A stretch of DNA of 63,780 bases, counting the filler, from Folioceros fuciformis (Eukaryota), in NCBI GenBank assembly GCA_049999805.1. It is 15 parts of 15 records of this genome, joined end to end, with 100 filler letters (N's around TTAATTAATTAA, not from the genome) between each part and the next. Parts side by side here need not be neighbours in the genome. Positions count along the whole stretch, not along the records: positions 31,228 to 41,907 come from JBNGIO010004875.1; positions 42,008 to 43,079 come from JBNGIO010004876.1; positions 43,180 to 45,180 come from JBNGIO010004877.1; positions 45,281 to 58,143 come from JBNGIO010004878.1; 11 more parts are not named here. The stretch is one strand, 5' to 3'. Position numbers and translations under genes: made by a program. This document shows, one piece after another, positions 36,961 to 49,500 of the stretch; position 1 is the first letter of the stretch; each line of letters starts with the position of its first letter. The notes under the pieces are model-generated. The model was given only the letters and a program-made list of their open reading frames with translations. It was not told the DNA's origin and did not search any database.

Positions 36961-38560
36961 CTAATCTCCTTGCTGTTGCCTCTTGAAATCTTGCACGGGT
37001 GAAGCATTAATGTCTTCAGCAAAAGGGCGCTTCACTCCCTTGGATACCACTGTAGAAGGGTGGGCTGAGGCTGGATCATTATGCAAAAGGAAGATTCTTT
37101 GCTCCTCGAGACTTCGAGACAGTTGGCAACGCCAGTTGGTTGTCTTTCTCCAAGTCCTAATCTTCTCCTCCCATACGCGTAGGGTCCCCATCAGTGCATG
37201 TAGGCTTCCTCTCTCTCTGCATAGTTTTGTCCTCTGTTGCCTCTTGCACCCCTTTTTTGTTCTCTTCCCTCCTCCGCAGTAGGTTCTCCTTCCTCTAGTT
37301 GTCCCCCTCCACCATTCGTAGGTTTACTCCCTCCCGCCTCCGTAGGTGGTTCAACAACAAGTTCCTTCTGTAGCAGTAGGTTTGCCAAATCAGTCAACGT
37401 TTTAACAGCTTCTCTCCCCCATTCATTTCCTCCTGTTCAAGTACCTCCTCCCACTTAGAATCTTCTTTATCCATGTCACTGTCTTCTATCCATTCCGTCA
37501 TGGGAGGTATGGATTTCTTCAGCTCAACTCGGTCATCGTCATGAGGCTCAATGGCCTTCCTCTTGGAAATCTTCAGCAACTCCAGGTTGGTCTTCAAAAT
37601 CTTGCTGTGTAGGTGCCCCATTTCCTCCTCCAAAGTCAGCTCGAGTTCCTCTAAATCCAGAGGGTCACCTTGCGCATGCTGCTGGTGGGCATCTCTCTCC
37701 AAGGTTAGTCTTCCTATCTTCAACTGTAGGGCCACATTCTCTTCCTGTACGAGACGAAGTTGGGTTGGCAAACCAAATTGAATGGCGTAGTTCACTCGGA
37801 ACCTACGCTTCCTGACAATCAACAACCTGTGAATCTGGGAGGCATGTTGAAGTTCCAAGTTCTCCTTCTGCTGCTCCACCTCCTCAAATCATAGCTGATC
37901 CTTCTTCCTCTCCTGCTGTAGACGACACTGTTCTTTAGTCAGTCGTTGAAGTTTTGTGTCCTTGCTCTTTACTTCATCCTTGTGCCCTTCCAACTGATCC
38001 TCCAAATTTCGTAGGTGTGACAACCTCTCTCGTAGTGTAGCCTCATCTTGCTGTCTCTTCTCTTCCAAAGTCACAACTTGCTAACGTGCTTCCAATAATT
38101 CAAATTGGGTAGCGTCTAGTGAGTGCTTCAGCTCAGCAACTTGGGTCTGCAACTGAATCAGTAAGTCTCCTTGCTGTTGGTTAACTTGCCTAAAATCTTC
38201 TCGTTCCACCTTCCAATCATTGAGGAATGGGTTCAAATAGTTGGCTTCCTCCTTCCCTTCTATCTTTAGATCTTCTAATGTTCTCCTTGTTGCCTACCAA
38301 TCAATCTTGCTAATCTTCACACAGTACTCCAGCATCTCACACAAGGGATCTCTCTTCTCTTGCTCTTTGTCTTCTTGTGGTGGGCATTCTTCAGGGGTTG
38401 GGTTCTCTTGGGCAGGTGGCTCCATCTTTGTTGGACTCTCTTCTGGAGGGGCTGCTTCCGTCTTTGTTGGAGTGACATGAGGAATCCGATTCACTCCCTT
38501 GCTGACACTAGGGACTTCCCCCTCCTTCTGCTCGTGAGAGGCAGCGCTCCTTCGTCTTCT
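36961..38560 (-). pseudogene. Fragmented coiled-coil ORFs, probably transposon-associated
   Basis: Collinear E/Q/K/L-rich ORFs broken by stops; no recognisable domain. Confidence 0.4.
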
Positions 38561-39398
38561 TCCCTACCTGCGGCATAGTCTTGTTATCCACAGATACTTA
38601 ATTGACACTAACTAATGGCTAACCCTCATTACCCTATTTGGACTTAGGAGTTTATTCTCCTATTGACAAACTCACAAAAATCCTCTCAGAATGGCTGTAA
38701 GTCAACCTACCAAGAATCAGACCAACTGTCCTAACAGTTTTACTCTCTCTAATGGGAACTCTAAAATGATCGTGGAAAATCTAGTTAGACAACAACTTCT
38801 CATACCTACAAAACGCGTAGGTATGTTTGACGCATAAGTTGACCACTATAGACGAAGGAACACCACACAAAACTCAGACAGACACAAACAAGAATAGAAG
38901 ACACAAATCAAAACAAATGCTAAGCAAAACACTCAACATGGCAGGATAGGAGCCTGTCTTGTATCCTGAAATTTCATGTTCCACAACTGATTTCTTTTGT
39001 TTTCATAGTATGAACAACTTCAACTACGATTTATGTTCATACTTATTTGCTGCTACTCGTGCTTCATTGTACGCCTATTAAGGCTTATGCATAGCGTCTA
39101 GATTTCTTCCTTCGGAAAGTAAAAACCTACCTTTCATCAAACCCAAAAAATTGCAGAGTGGTGATCACTAATTTCTTATCACCTCTGAAACCAAAACAAT
39201 GGATCATTACCTTCTTAAACGAAAAAAGTATAAGCTCGATCAAAAAGTGCTATCGTCTATAGTATCCTCTCCACACCCTAATAAGAGGATTATCAGCTTC
39301 TAAAACCAAAGGCCTATTTCACCTCATCATTCAAATCAATTGCCTTAGATCCATCTCATCGTCTTCTTCTTATTGCACACAACTTCCTCCAAACCAAT

Positions 39399-40250
39399 TT
39401 ATAGTTTCACTCTATTTGTTCTCTTATTCTCATCAAAAGTTTCCACCACTTGTTTTCGTTGAGGTTTTTCGTCTGCTTGTGCGACTATATGTCTAAGCTT
39501 TTGTTGAGTTTGCTCCATAATGGAAGCCATCTCAAAAGTTAAATCTGCATGCTTATATACAGTATCACATACTTCAGCACATGCGGTTTTAATAAATTCC
39601 AACCGTTTTTCTTTTGTCACCTCAAACTGTGTATTTGATGCTGGTGCTACCAAGGGGTTAGTAGGCAATACATTGTTTGCAGCTTCTTCATCCTATTTCC
39701 CTAAAGCCATAGCTAAGTTCTGACCATTACTACTTTCAGCAACATTCGCTCCATTTATTCTCCCATTTTGCCTAGCTACTAATGCACCATCCTTATGTAT
39801 GCCCAAAAGTTGTTGAACTTTCACCATGTGCTTGTAAATGAAACCTGTGTTCCCCATAGGACATGTGCATGTAGCCCATGGAAAGTAAACATGTTTAATC
39901 ACATATCACAAGTAAGGGGTGGATGAAGACAAACAATGGGTAACAACATTTTCATCTTGCGGTAAAATAACTGAGCTTATAGGAATAGTTTCAGCACCCT
40001 TCATAGTTGTTTCCTCCAATGCCTCCAACTTCTTGTCATGCTTGTATCCCCCTTCTTTCGTAAAGTGCTGGTACCAATAATGTTAAGCGATCACATTGAC
40101 TAATTTGTGGGGTAACTAGTCCAGTCTACAGCCGGGCAAACTTGACTTACTGAATGCTGCACGCCATTTCATGAATCTATGGAATCCTTCCATAGCTGAA
40201 GTTGTATGTTGCCCTGCATGAGGCAACATTCTAGCATTACACAACCACAT
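39399..40250 (-). mobile_element. SWIM zinc-finger/MULE-type transposase remnant
   Basis: ATCTCPMGNTGFIYKH (SWIM-like, one Cys lost) preceded by HAGQHTTSAMEGFH. Confidence 0.7.
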
Positions 40251-40850
40251 ATTATGTGGTTGTGTAATGCTAGAATGTTGGTCAAGGTCTAAACAAGGTC
40301 TAACCTAGACGGGCGGATTCCACAAAGTCCGTTTTGTGCTTTTTAAATTTGTCTTGATCCGCACTCCATACCTACTTTTGATCTCTTTTCCCAAACAAGA
40401 AGGCCACCGAAATGTTTGCATATATATTTTTATTTAAAAAATATCAATAACACAAAAAAAATGCAGTAAACATTATGAGTCTTCTATCCAAAACTTGATA
40501 TTTTGCGATTGAAGGATATGGTGCGCCGATCAACCGGCGCATCACCTATTCAAAATACATCATGTTCAAGTTAAGTACGACAATCTCACACAAAAACTGG
40601 GTCATCCTGGTTGGCCCTAGAATCTACAATTACATCTAAATCTCTTAGCCGTTGTGCAATCGTATCGCCAAAGTCATCGCCACCAACACGTAGCACCGAA
40701 AAGTGGGGGTAATCTATAGTTTGGGGCGACAAAGTACTATTCTCATCCCAGACAGTTATGGCGTAAAGGTCCTCTGCTGACCTATCATCACTCTGAGATA
40801 TCACCTCTCCTTTCTTCCCCAACAAACTGAACACCAGCATTTTGCGATCA

Positions 40851-41121
40851 ACGCTCACATTTGATATAGGAAGTGCGCCGGTATACCGGTGCACTCTAGC
40901 CTAGTCAGAACAAGAGCGCTGGTCTACCGGCGTACTTTTCTAGGTGCATGAGAAGTGCGCCGGTAGACTGGCGCACTTTACTAAGTGCAAGAGAAGTGCG
41001 CCGATAGACTGGCACACTTATCATGATTTAGATGGAGTGCGCTTATATACTGGCGCACTTCTCAAGACTCTGCTAGAGTGCGCTGGTATACCGGTGCACT
41101 CCCTATGTCAAATGTGAGTGT
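40851..41121. repeat. Array of six 26-bp palindromic repeats at exact 41-bp period with 15-bp spacers, flanked by ~20-bp inverted repeats
   Basis: Repeats start at 40871, 40912, 40953, 40994, 41035 and 41076; idealised palindrome AAGTGCGCCGGTATACCGGCGCACTT. Confidence 0.92.
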
Positions 41122-41169
41122 ATGCTGATATAAATTGGTGGGCGGTATGTGGGTGGCATTCGTTCGTGA

Positions 41170-41907
41170 CAGAGGGTTTCGAAAGCGACTTAAAAGTACA
41201 TAGACAAAGATTGAAGGCGGAGCGAGAGAAGAGTATCAAGCATCATGTAAAATGCTATGGTGATCCGGCGAAATACCTTGGGTTGTCCATAGATGGTATG
41301 GATCAGCAAAAAACTCATATTCCTCATTTTGTGCGACTTCCAAAGGACTTGGTGGACATTGACCTTATTGACGTCCATGTTGTGGGATGCATGGTGTACA
41401 ATAGTACAATGATGCCTGAGCTTTTCATAGAGTATGGGAATATCAAGAACGACGCGAACTTGACGATTTCTATTATCCAAAATGTGATTCACACGTATGT
41501 TGGACTACTTCCAGGAGTTATGTACTTGCAGCTGGACAACACGGCAAGAGAGAACAAAAATGCGTTGTTGTTTTCTTATTTGAATATGTTCATGGAGAAA
41601 AGAATCTTCAAGAAGGTAAAGGTGGGGTTTTTACTAGTGGGCCACACTCATGACTAGGTGGACCATATGTTCTCTCGGTTTTCGACGACTCTGGGAAGGA
41701 AAGAAGCTCTTACTTTACCTACACTCATTGTTGTTATGCAGAATGCTTATACACCAACGCCAGCAGTGCACAAAGTGAAGGAGGTGCCAGACTTCCGACG
41801 ATTTGTGTGGCCTATACCTTACGGGAAAGCTGGTTATCAGAATGTATCAGCTGTTCACCTGCTGCACAATATTTCGTTCCAACACCAGTTCAAGATCACA
41901 AGGGAGA
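41170..41907 (+). mobile_element. DDD-type transposase remnant (DUF7869/Sola-like) with one in-frame TAG
   Basis: IDGMDQQKTHIPHF...LQLDNTARENKN...FLLVGHTHD*VDHMFSRFS. Confidence 0.75.
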
Positions 41908-43179
41908 NNNNNNNNNNNNNNNNNNNNNNNNNNNNNNNNNNNNNNNNNNNNTTAATTAATTAANNNNNNNNNNNNNNNNNNNNNNNNNNNNNNNNNNNNN
42001 NNNNNNNTAGTTCTGGGGTGGTAAGATTGGCGAAGCCACGATGATGTATGGGGGGACTCCATGTCCATCACTTGCAGGCTAGCCACCACTACTTACAACC
42101 TACCATCAATGTAGACATGAGTTAGGAAGACTTATGAGGGTGGCAAAGGAGGTGTGGCCACCATTTGCGAGAGAAACAAATTACAAGGGTTACATCCCAT
42201 CTATCCAAGGCTGAAGTCGCCTACGACTTCGTTGGGACGAAACCCTCTATACAAGACGGTAGTGAGATGAATGTGGCCACTAAAGACATGATCTCGGGGC
42301 AATGTCACTGGGTTTTACCACCGCACAGACTCCTATGTCATCACCAAAGGCGAGGGAAAAAAGATACCCCGCATGTTTGCTATCTTCACTTGTTACAGTC
42401 CCAACTTCAAGGATGAAGTGGTGACCTAGCTATAAAGGTCTTTTAAGTAGCATACATGTGCACCAAAGTGTTACCAATGAACATATATGCATGTCACACT
42501 ATGAGATGAGTTCTTCTATTTGTCGAGCTGCCCTGTGAAATTAAGTTGCCAAGGAATTGATCTTTCTTAGTGGAGCTATTGTCTTCACCTAGTCAATAGC
42601 ATCGTGGGAAGCGCAGATTGTTGCCATTGGCTAATTAGACAATTATTTCAACAATCTCCGCGTAGAAAGATAAGGACTTGAGATAAGAATCCTTATATGC
42701 GTGTTTGGACATCAACTGACTTCCACCTTGGGTATTTCATCTCCCGGATGAAGTTGTGTAGTCCCATCTCCAAGAAGACAACAAAGATTTCAAAGTATCA
42801 TACACATACCTTATCTTCGGGAAATCATATAGTTTCGTATTACACTACAACCATTACCATTACCATTGTCCAATGCAATAGGTACTAGTTCATTTCAATG
42901 GCTGAAGAGAACACCATCCAATTTTTCACTATCACAAGGCATCAAGCACTACAACAAATAATGGTAAAACCATCTAATACTAGAATGTCACAAGGCATAC
43001 AACATGCCAAGGATTGGAGTAACTAAGTGGAACGAAGAAGATGAAAAAACTATACTAAACCACCTAAAATGACCAACAANNNNNNNNNNNNNNNNNNNNN
43101 NNNNNNNNNNNNNNNNNNNNNNNTTAATTAATTAANNNNNNNNNNNNNNNNNNNNNNNNNNNNNNNNNNNNNNNNNNNN

Positions 43180-43724
43180 CATGAAGAATTTGATTTTGGA
43201 GAGATATTTATACACCAAATGATACACACAATAGAGTTTGTATTGGGTTCAATATCAAATACAGCATCTTACTTACGATTGTGGGCATTGAGGTAAGCAA
43301 TCTGAGGAGTGAATGCGAAGTATAACAAAAGTTCAATGAAGCTAAATTTCGTGTTTGTTTCCCAGCCTTGCACATGCACAACTTTCAGCTGTGTTTTACG
43401 ACAAAGTGTTGATGTTAGCCTGGGAGTAAGTTGTTTACTACATTTGTATCTTGATCATGTGGGAGTTTCCTTAAGAATTCTAAACAAAGCTAACTTTCAT
43501 TGTTCCAATGTGACTTTAGGTATGAAAGCATAATAATTAGAGGCATTGGATTATTTGTGTTTTCTTGTGCAACTCTAGCAGTGTTGCTGGTGATGGAGAC
43601 TCTTAGTGCTTTCTTACATGCCATAAGATTACATTGGGTTGAATTTCAAAACAAGTTCTTTGCAGGGGATGGTTACAACTTTCAGCCATTCTCTTTTGCT
43701 TCCTTCGTACTAGAAGATGTTTAA
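43180..43724 (+). CDS. VHA-a: V-type H+-ATPase subunit a, last three exons (<43180-43292, 43366-43425, 43520-43724)
   Basis: [35 protein letters not shown]...[23 protein letters not shown] introns of 73 and 94 nt. Confidence 0.95.
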
Positions 43725-44479
43725 TACAGAAGTAAATACACTTTAGAATCAATGTTATTAATACCTACCCATGGAAAAAAATTGGATTCTTGCAAAATAA
43801 CTAGCTTTCTTAATAAAAAAAATATTTATGTTATGTTTAAAGCTTTGAGGATAGGGGTGAATATGAGAATTTTATTCTAAATTTATGATTATTTTTTGTT
43901 ATCGTTATATAATGAGTTTAATCACTTTTAGCACCTTAATATATGACACATGAATTCTGGTCTTCTTTCAATTAAATATTTAGATACATTTTTCATCTCT
44001 TCTTTCCATAAAATATTCTATCTTTTTAATAAATGATTGATTTTAACACAAGAGCGGATCTTATCTTTATCTATTTATTGTCATATAATTTTTAATAAAA
44101 ATATGAAGATTTTATAAGTATGAAAATCCTAGTAGTTGTTAAGTTGTGGTACTAGTTCTTACTACTTTTAGTCAAGGCATTAGTTGTGGGACGTGTCTAG
44201 GTTTTTGACGATTAAGTACATTGCTACACAAGTTCTAAACCAATAATTATAGTGCTACTGGCACACTTGTTGTGACACTGTTTAGCTTTCTAAGCCACTA
44301 AGTACATTCCTGAAATTCATCCTTCTTCAGATTGAGTATATTATTCTCTCTATATATATTTTCCTCTCAAGAACATTTCCCTCTCTTACATAACATAAAA
44401 CTATACGCAATTATTGTACATCAAAACACAGAACCCAAGGCTTCCATCCATATCAGACTCAGAGGCCAAAGCCAGGAGG

Positions 44480-45045
44480 GAATGCACGCTTTGAACAAAG
44501 TGGTGGTCTTGAGTGCGTGCTTTTTCCTCCCTGATTCCTCTTGAATGAGAATCTCTGACCCTACTGCAATTCCTTGGCCCCCAATATGAACTTGCTCTAC
44601 GCAAGAAGATGGGCAGGTTATAACTGAAACTGAGTAAGAACAAGAGGAACTCAAAATACTGGCTTCGATGTCAAACCTCTCCTCAGCTCCTCCTCAAACT
44701 TCTTCAGGTCCTTATCAAGCCGCTGAATGTGGTTGTCAACTTGCACAAGGGACCAGTCATCAGTCTTGCAGTAGAGTTAAACCATAAGACGGTTCGAAAA
44801 ACTGTAAGACTTGCACCCAGTGAATCAGAAACATACATGGAACACAAACCACATCATAAGTTTGCTGTGCCAAAGTCGCTTTGTAATCAGCAACCTCGAG
44901 AGCTGCCCTGTGGGCTTCTATAATGCCTGCAGTGTGATTTTGAATAAGAACTTCCAGTCCCGAACCACCAGACTTCCTTGCTGCTTTTGTGACTTCCTTG
45001 TGCCCATGAACACACTTTTCCAGCATTGCCTTCTCATGCTCTGAA
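44480..45045 (-). pseudogene. ING (inhibitor of growth) family N-terminal domain fragment; no PHD finger found
   Basis: ADYKATLAQQTYDV | VDNHIQRLDKDLKKFEEELRR; the expected splice acceptor reads CAA rather than CAG. Confidence 0.65.
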
Positions 45046-45379
45046 AAAAATGCCGCGAAAAGCATGTTACGAAATGGTTGATGAATTATGATGCCAAACA
45101 ACTAACTGGTTGATGCAAATTAGCACCAGAATCCAAGTGGCTAAAAAACCTAGCAGCTAGGAGGCCCGCAGGCTGGCCCANNNNNNNNNNNNNNNNNNNN
45201 NNNNNNNNNNNNNNNNNNNNNNNNTTAATTAATTAANNNNNNNNNNNNNNNNNNNNNNNNNNNNNNNNNNNNNNNNNNNNGAATATGGAACCTTCGAAAG
45301 GTTCCAATGCCCTCATGGTGAGAGGAAGGTCCACTTCAAAGGGGAAGTACAAGGAGCGAAGTCATTCCCGTAGTAAGGC

Positions 45380-45642
45380 TCGTAGTCGTTATAATGTTGA
45401 GTGTTACCATTGTCATCAAGGAGTGCGCCAAGGTTTATCAGAGCAATAGGAATGGTGTTCTTCATCTTTCCTCTGTGGTGGCCTTCTTTCGACAACATGT
45501 ATCCATTGCTTTGCAACGTGCATTGGCCAATGCAATTTTTAGAACAGCAACAAGCGCAAGTCAAGCGGCTTCTTCGGCACCGGTGGTAGGTAAGCCTTTT
45601 GTTATTCCACATCATGACATTTTGGAAGTAGGTAGTTTTTGA
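45380..45642 (+). mobile_element. Possible C-terminal fragment of an RLE-type (CRE-like) non-LTR retrotransposon
   Basis: FFRQHVSIALQRALANAI resembles the QRxSxALQRGNA end motif of such elements. Confidence 0.4.
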
Positions 45643-46517
45643 AAGTGATATTCACAGTGGAAAGTACATCTTTTTGCCTTTGGTCCTAATGGGGTTGTTC
45701 CTCCAATCTTTGAAGTAGATGGGACTTTCTATCTTTTTTTCAATCATAGAAAATACACTCTTTCATTTATATTCTCGATATATGTATACAAGTCTTGGTC
45801 AAAAAAGTGCATTCTGCATTTTATCTAGGCCCGCTGTGTAGGCTAGGATGTCTAATAGAGTACCAAATAGAAGCACTATGATAAGTGTGCAACAAAGTGA
45901 TCATACAACCCTACAAGCCCAAAAGAGGCGCTATACATAGGCTGCACAAGAACCCCCTTGTGCTCGCTTGTACACTCAAAGATGTCAGGCTCTCCTAATC
46001 TTGAATGATTGGTGTCATATCAACTTTTGCCCTGTATCTCAGACCTTTCGATTGTATGTGATTGTATGTGCAACCTTCTAATTTTCGTTTGATAGCATAA
46101 TGCAGTGGACCACTACCTAGGAAAACCCATTACACATCATTTTCATTCATATTCCCCCTTCTCTTCATGCCTCATATTAGGTTTCGATCTACCAACATCC
46201 TTAGCTCATGCTCATTCTTCCGCAAGTTCGTATAACTTTCCTCTATGAAGATTTAAGTGATGTAAATCTTCATGAGGATCTAAGAGGCGGTTGTGTCCAT
46301 GTCCATGATGTAAATCTATGAGGATCCAAGAGGCGGGCCCTTGAAAGACCCTAGCCTCTGGAATATCTTAAAGGTCTCACAATGTCATGCGAAATAACAA
46401 AAGAGTCATTAATATTATAATCTTAATTCTAAAGTATTCTCTTAGGAAAAGGAAGATTCCAAGTCAAAATATATACATCTTAGTGTGCCCTTGGTGGCCT
46501 AGAAAGGCATGTGGCAG

Positions 46518-49500
46518 TCACACGACAACGTGCCCTCCAAATACACATCCCTGGACATAATAGCTCCTGACGGGGACCTGCTCCGGCGTGTTGCTAAGGG
46601 CAGAAGGGATGACTAGTTTCTGCCCAAGCAAATGCTCACCCTTTCCGTCATTAGATGTGTTCGGAGGTGACGGGTCCAAATGTGGCACACACCCATTCTT
46701 CATTTTGAGATTTGTCTGTTTCATCAGTCTTGCTTGGCTTCTAAGATGCTGCTTACCCCCAACTAGAAAACTATGCACCAGACCATCCATGTCTGTCCAA
46801 AAGCTCTGACCAGGCTGCTTCCATGCCCTGTTTCTTAATCGCCTGGCCTGCATCTCTTGTGCCTGCTCCCACATGTGGGCACCCGTGTATATGTTGGACA
46901 TGGACACATAGGCTGCTGCATCTTTCTTGTCTAGCTTCTCGCCTTCATTGAAAGCATAGCGACCCACCTCTACATTGCTCCACTTCAAACAGGCATTCAA
47001 TAGTGTGTGCCAAACAGCAGCATTCGGGACAAGAGGCATGGACCTTATAAAGGCTAGTGCCTCATCCAGTTGCCCTGCACGGCCTAGGAGATCTACCATG
47101 CACGTGTAGTGCTCCAGGGTGGGACTGATGCCATATTGACTGCTCATAGCGTCGAAGAATTCCCTCCCCTTCCTCACTAGACCCGCATGACTGCATACTG
47201 TTAAAACACTAAGGAATGTGATACCAACTGGCTGGGTGTTTTCCTTCCTCATTTCCTGAACTAAGTCAAAAACCACTTGACTGTCTCCTTGAGAGGCGTA
47301 GCCTGCAATTAGTGCACACCAAGCAGAGACATCTCTCTTGGGTAACGCATCAAATACCTGCTGAGCATTAACCATGCTTCCGCACTTCCCATACATGTTT
47401 ATCAAACTGCCGCCGACAAACTTGTCAGCTTCGATGCCTTGTGCTATGATTTGTGCATGTAGCTGCCTTCCCAAATGCAAAGCTGCCATATTTGCACATG
47501 CCTGCAGTAGGCAAACAAATGTCACTGAATCAGGTACAGCTATGCCTTCTTCTTGCATGGCATTGTACAGACGAAGGGCTTCCCGGCCTATTCCTTGCTC
47601 GGAATACCCTGCTATCATGGCAGTCCACGTAACAACATTCTTCTGAGCAAGACTGTCAAACACCCTCTGAGCGTGCTCCAAGCTGCCACACTTCGCATAC
47701 ATGTTCACCAAACTGCTGGCTACAAACACATCAGTCTCATGTCCATGTTCTGTAATCTGCTTATGAAGATGCTTGCCCTTCTCCAAGGCTGGGGTCCCCA
47801 CACTTGCACATGCCTGCAGGAGGAACACAAAGGTCATGGAATCAGGCACAGCAACGCCACTGTCTTGCATAGCACTGTAGAGAACAAGCGCTTCCTGTCC
47901 CATCCCCTTCTGAGAATATCCAGCTATCATGGCATTCCACGACACCACATCTTTGTCATCAAGACTGTCAAAGACTTTCTGTGCATCTTGCAAGCTTCCA
48001 CACTTTGCATACATGTTCACCAAACTGTTGGCTACAAACACATCGGTTTCATGTCCTTGTTCTCTAATTTGCAAATGCAGTTGCTTTCCCTTCTCCAGTG
48101 CAAGGTTGCCTACACCAGCACATGCCTGCAGGAGGCACACAAATGTCACAGCATTGGGAACAGCCATGCCTTCGTCCAACATAGCACTGTACAGATCAAG
48201 GGCTTTCTGGCCCAAGCCCTGCTGGGAATAACTTGCCAACATAGTGGTCCATGTCACCACATTTTTCTGACCAAATCTACCAAACACAGTCTCAGCATCT
48301 TCCATGCTACCACACTTCGAATACATGTGAACCAAACTGCTGGCCACAAACACATCAGCTTCATGTCCTTGTTTTCTTATTAGCATATGAAGCTGCTTCC
48401 CTTTTTCCAAAGCTGGATTGCCCAAACTTGCACAAGCTTGCAGAAGGGACACGAACGTCACAGAATCAGGTAGAGAGATGCCTTCTTCTTGCATGGCACT
48501 GAAGAGACGTAGTGCGTCCTGCCCCTTGCCCTGCCGTGCATATCCGGATATCAAAGCATTCCAAGTCACTACATCCTTTTGAACTAACCCGTCAAACACT
48601 CCCTGCGCATCTTCCAAGCTGTCACACTTGGCATACATGTTCACTAGACAGTTGGCTAGAACCACGTCACCATCGTATCCTCGTTCTCTTATGTGCCCAT
48701 GAAGCTTCTTCCCTTTTTCCAACGCAAGGGTGCCGATACTTGCGCAGGCCTGCAAGAGGCACAGAAATGTCACGGAATTGGGGACGGCCGTACCATCTTC
48801 TTGCATAGCACTGTAAAGACGAAAGGCTCGGTGGGCCAAGCCCAGCTGGGAACAACCTGCTATCATGGCATTCCATGTTACTACATCTTTTTGAGCAAGT
48901 CCATCAAACACTCCCTGCGCATCTTTAAAGCTGCCACATTTTACATACATGGTCACCAAGCTGGTGGATACAAATACGTCAGCTTGGTGTCCTAGCGTTT
49001 GAATTTGTGTGTGTAGCTCCTTGCCCTTGTCCAACGCCGGGGCACCCACAGTTGCACATGCCTGCAGCAGGCACACAAATGTAACGGCATTAGGTACAGC
49101 TACGCCTTCTTCTTGCATAACACTGTAGAGACTAAGGGCTTCCTGGCCTAGTCCACTCTGGGAGTATCCTCCAATTAGAGCAGTCCATGTCACCACATCT
49201 TTGTGAGCAAGCCCGTCGAACACCTTATGAGCTTCTTCCAAGCTGCCACACTTTACATACATGTGGACCAAGCAATTGGATACAAACAAGTGGGGCTTGA
49301 TTCCACTGGCCAAGACATCCGCATGCACCTGCTGCCCAGCCTTCAAGTCTGATGCTCTCGCACATGCTTGAAGGGCTGCCACAAACACATGGCTATCAGC
49401 CTTCACACCCGTCCTACGCATCCGAGCATACAGTTCAAAGGCCTGCCTATCTTGACCGTTCTTAACATGTGCAGAAATTATGGAAGACCACATGAAGCTG

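Noticed and set aside
40871-41101. Calling the palindrome array a true CRISPR
   Set aside because: Spacers are only 15 bp and partly related to each other, repeats are degenerate, there are no cas genes, and the context is eukaryotic. Reported as a repeat instead.
42200-42340. Weak similarity to about 31330-31440 (GTGGCCACTAAAG...GGGTTTT)
   Set aside because: Probably an old dispersed repeat; too degenerate to classify.
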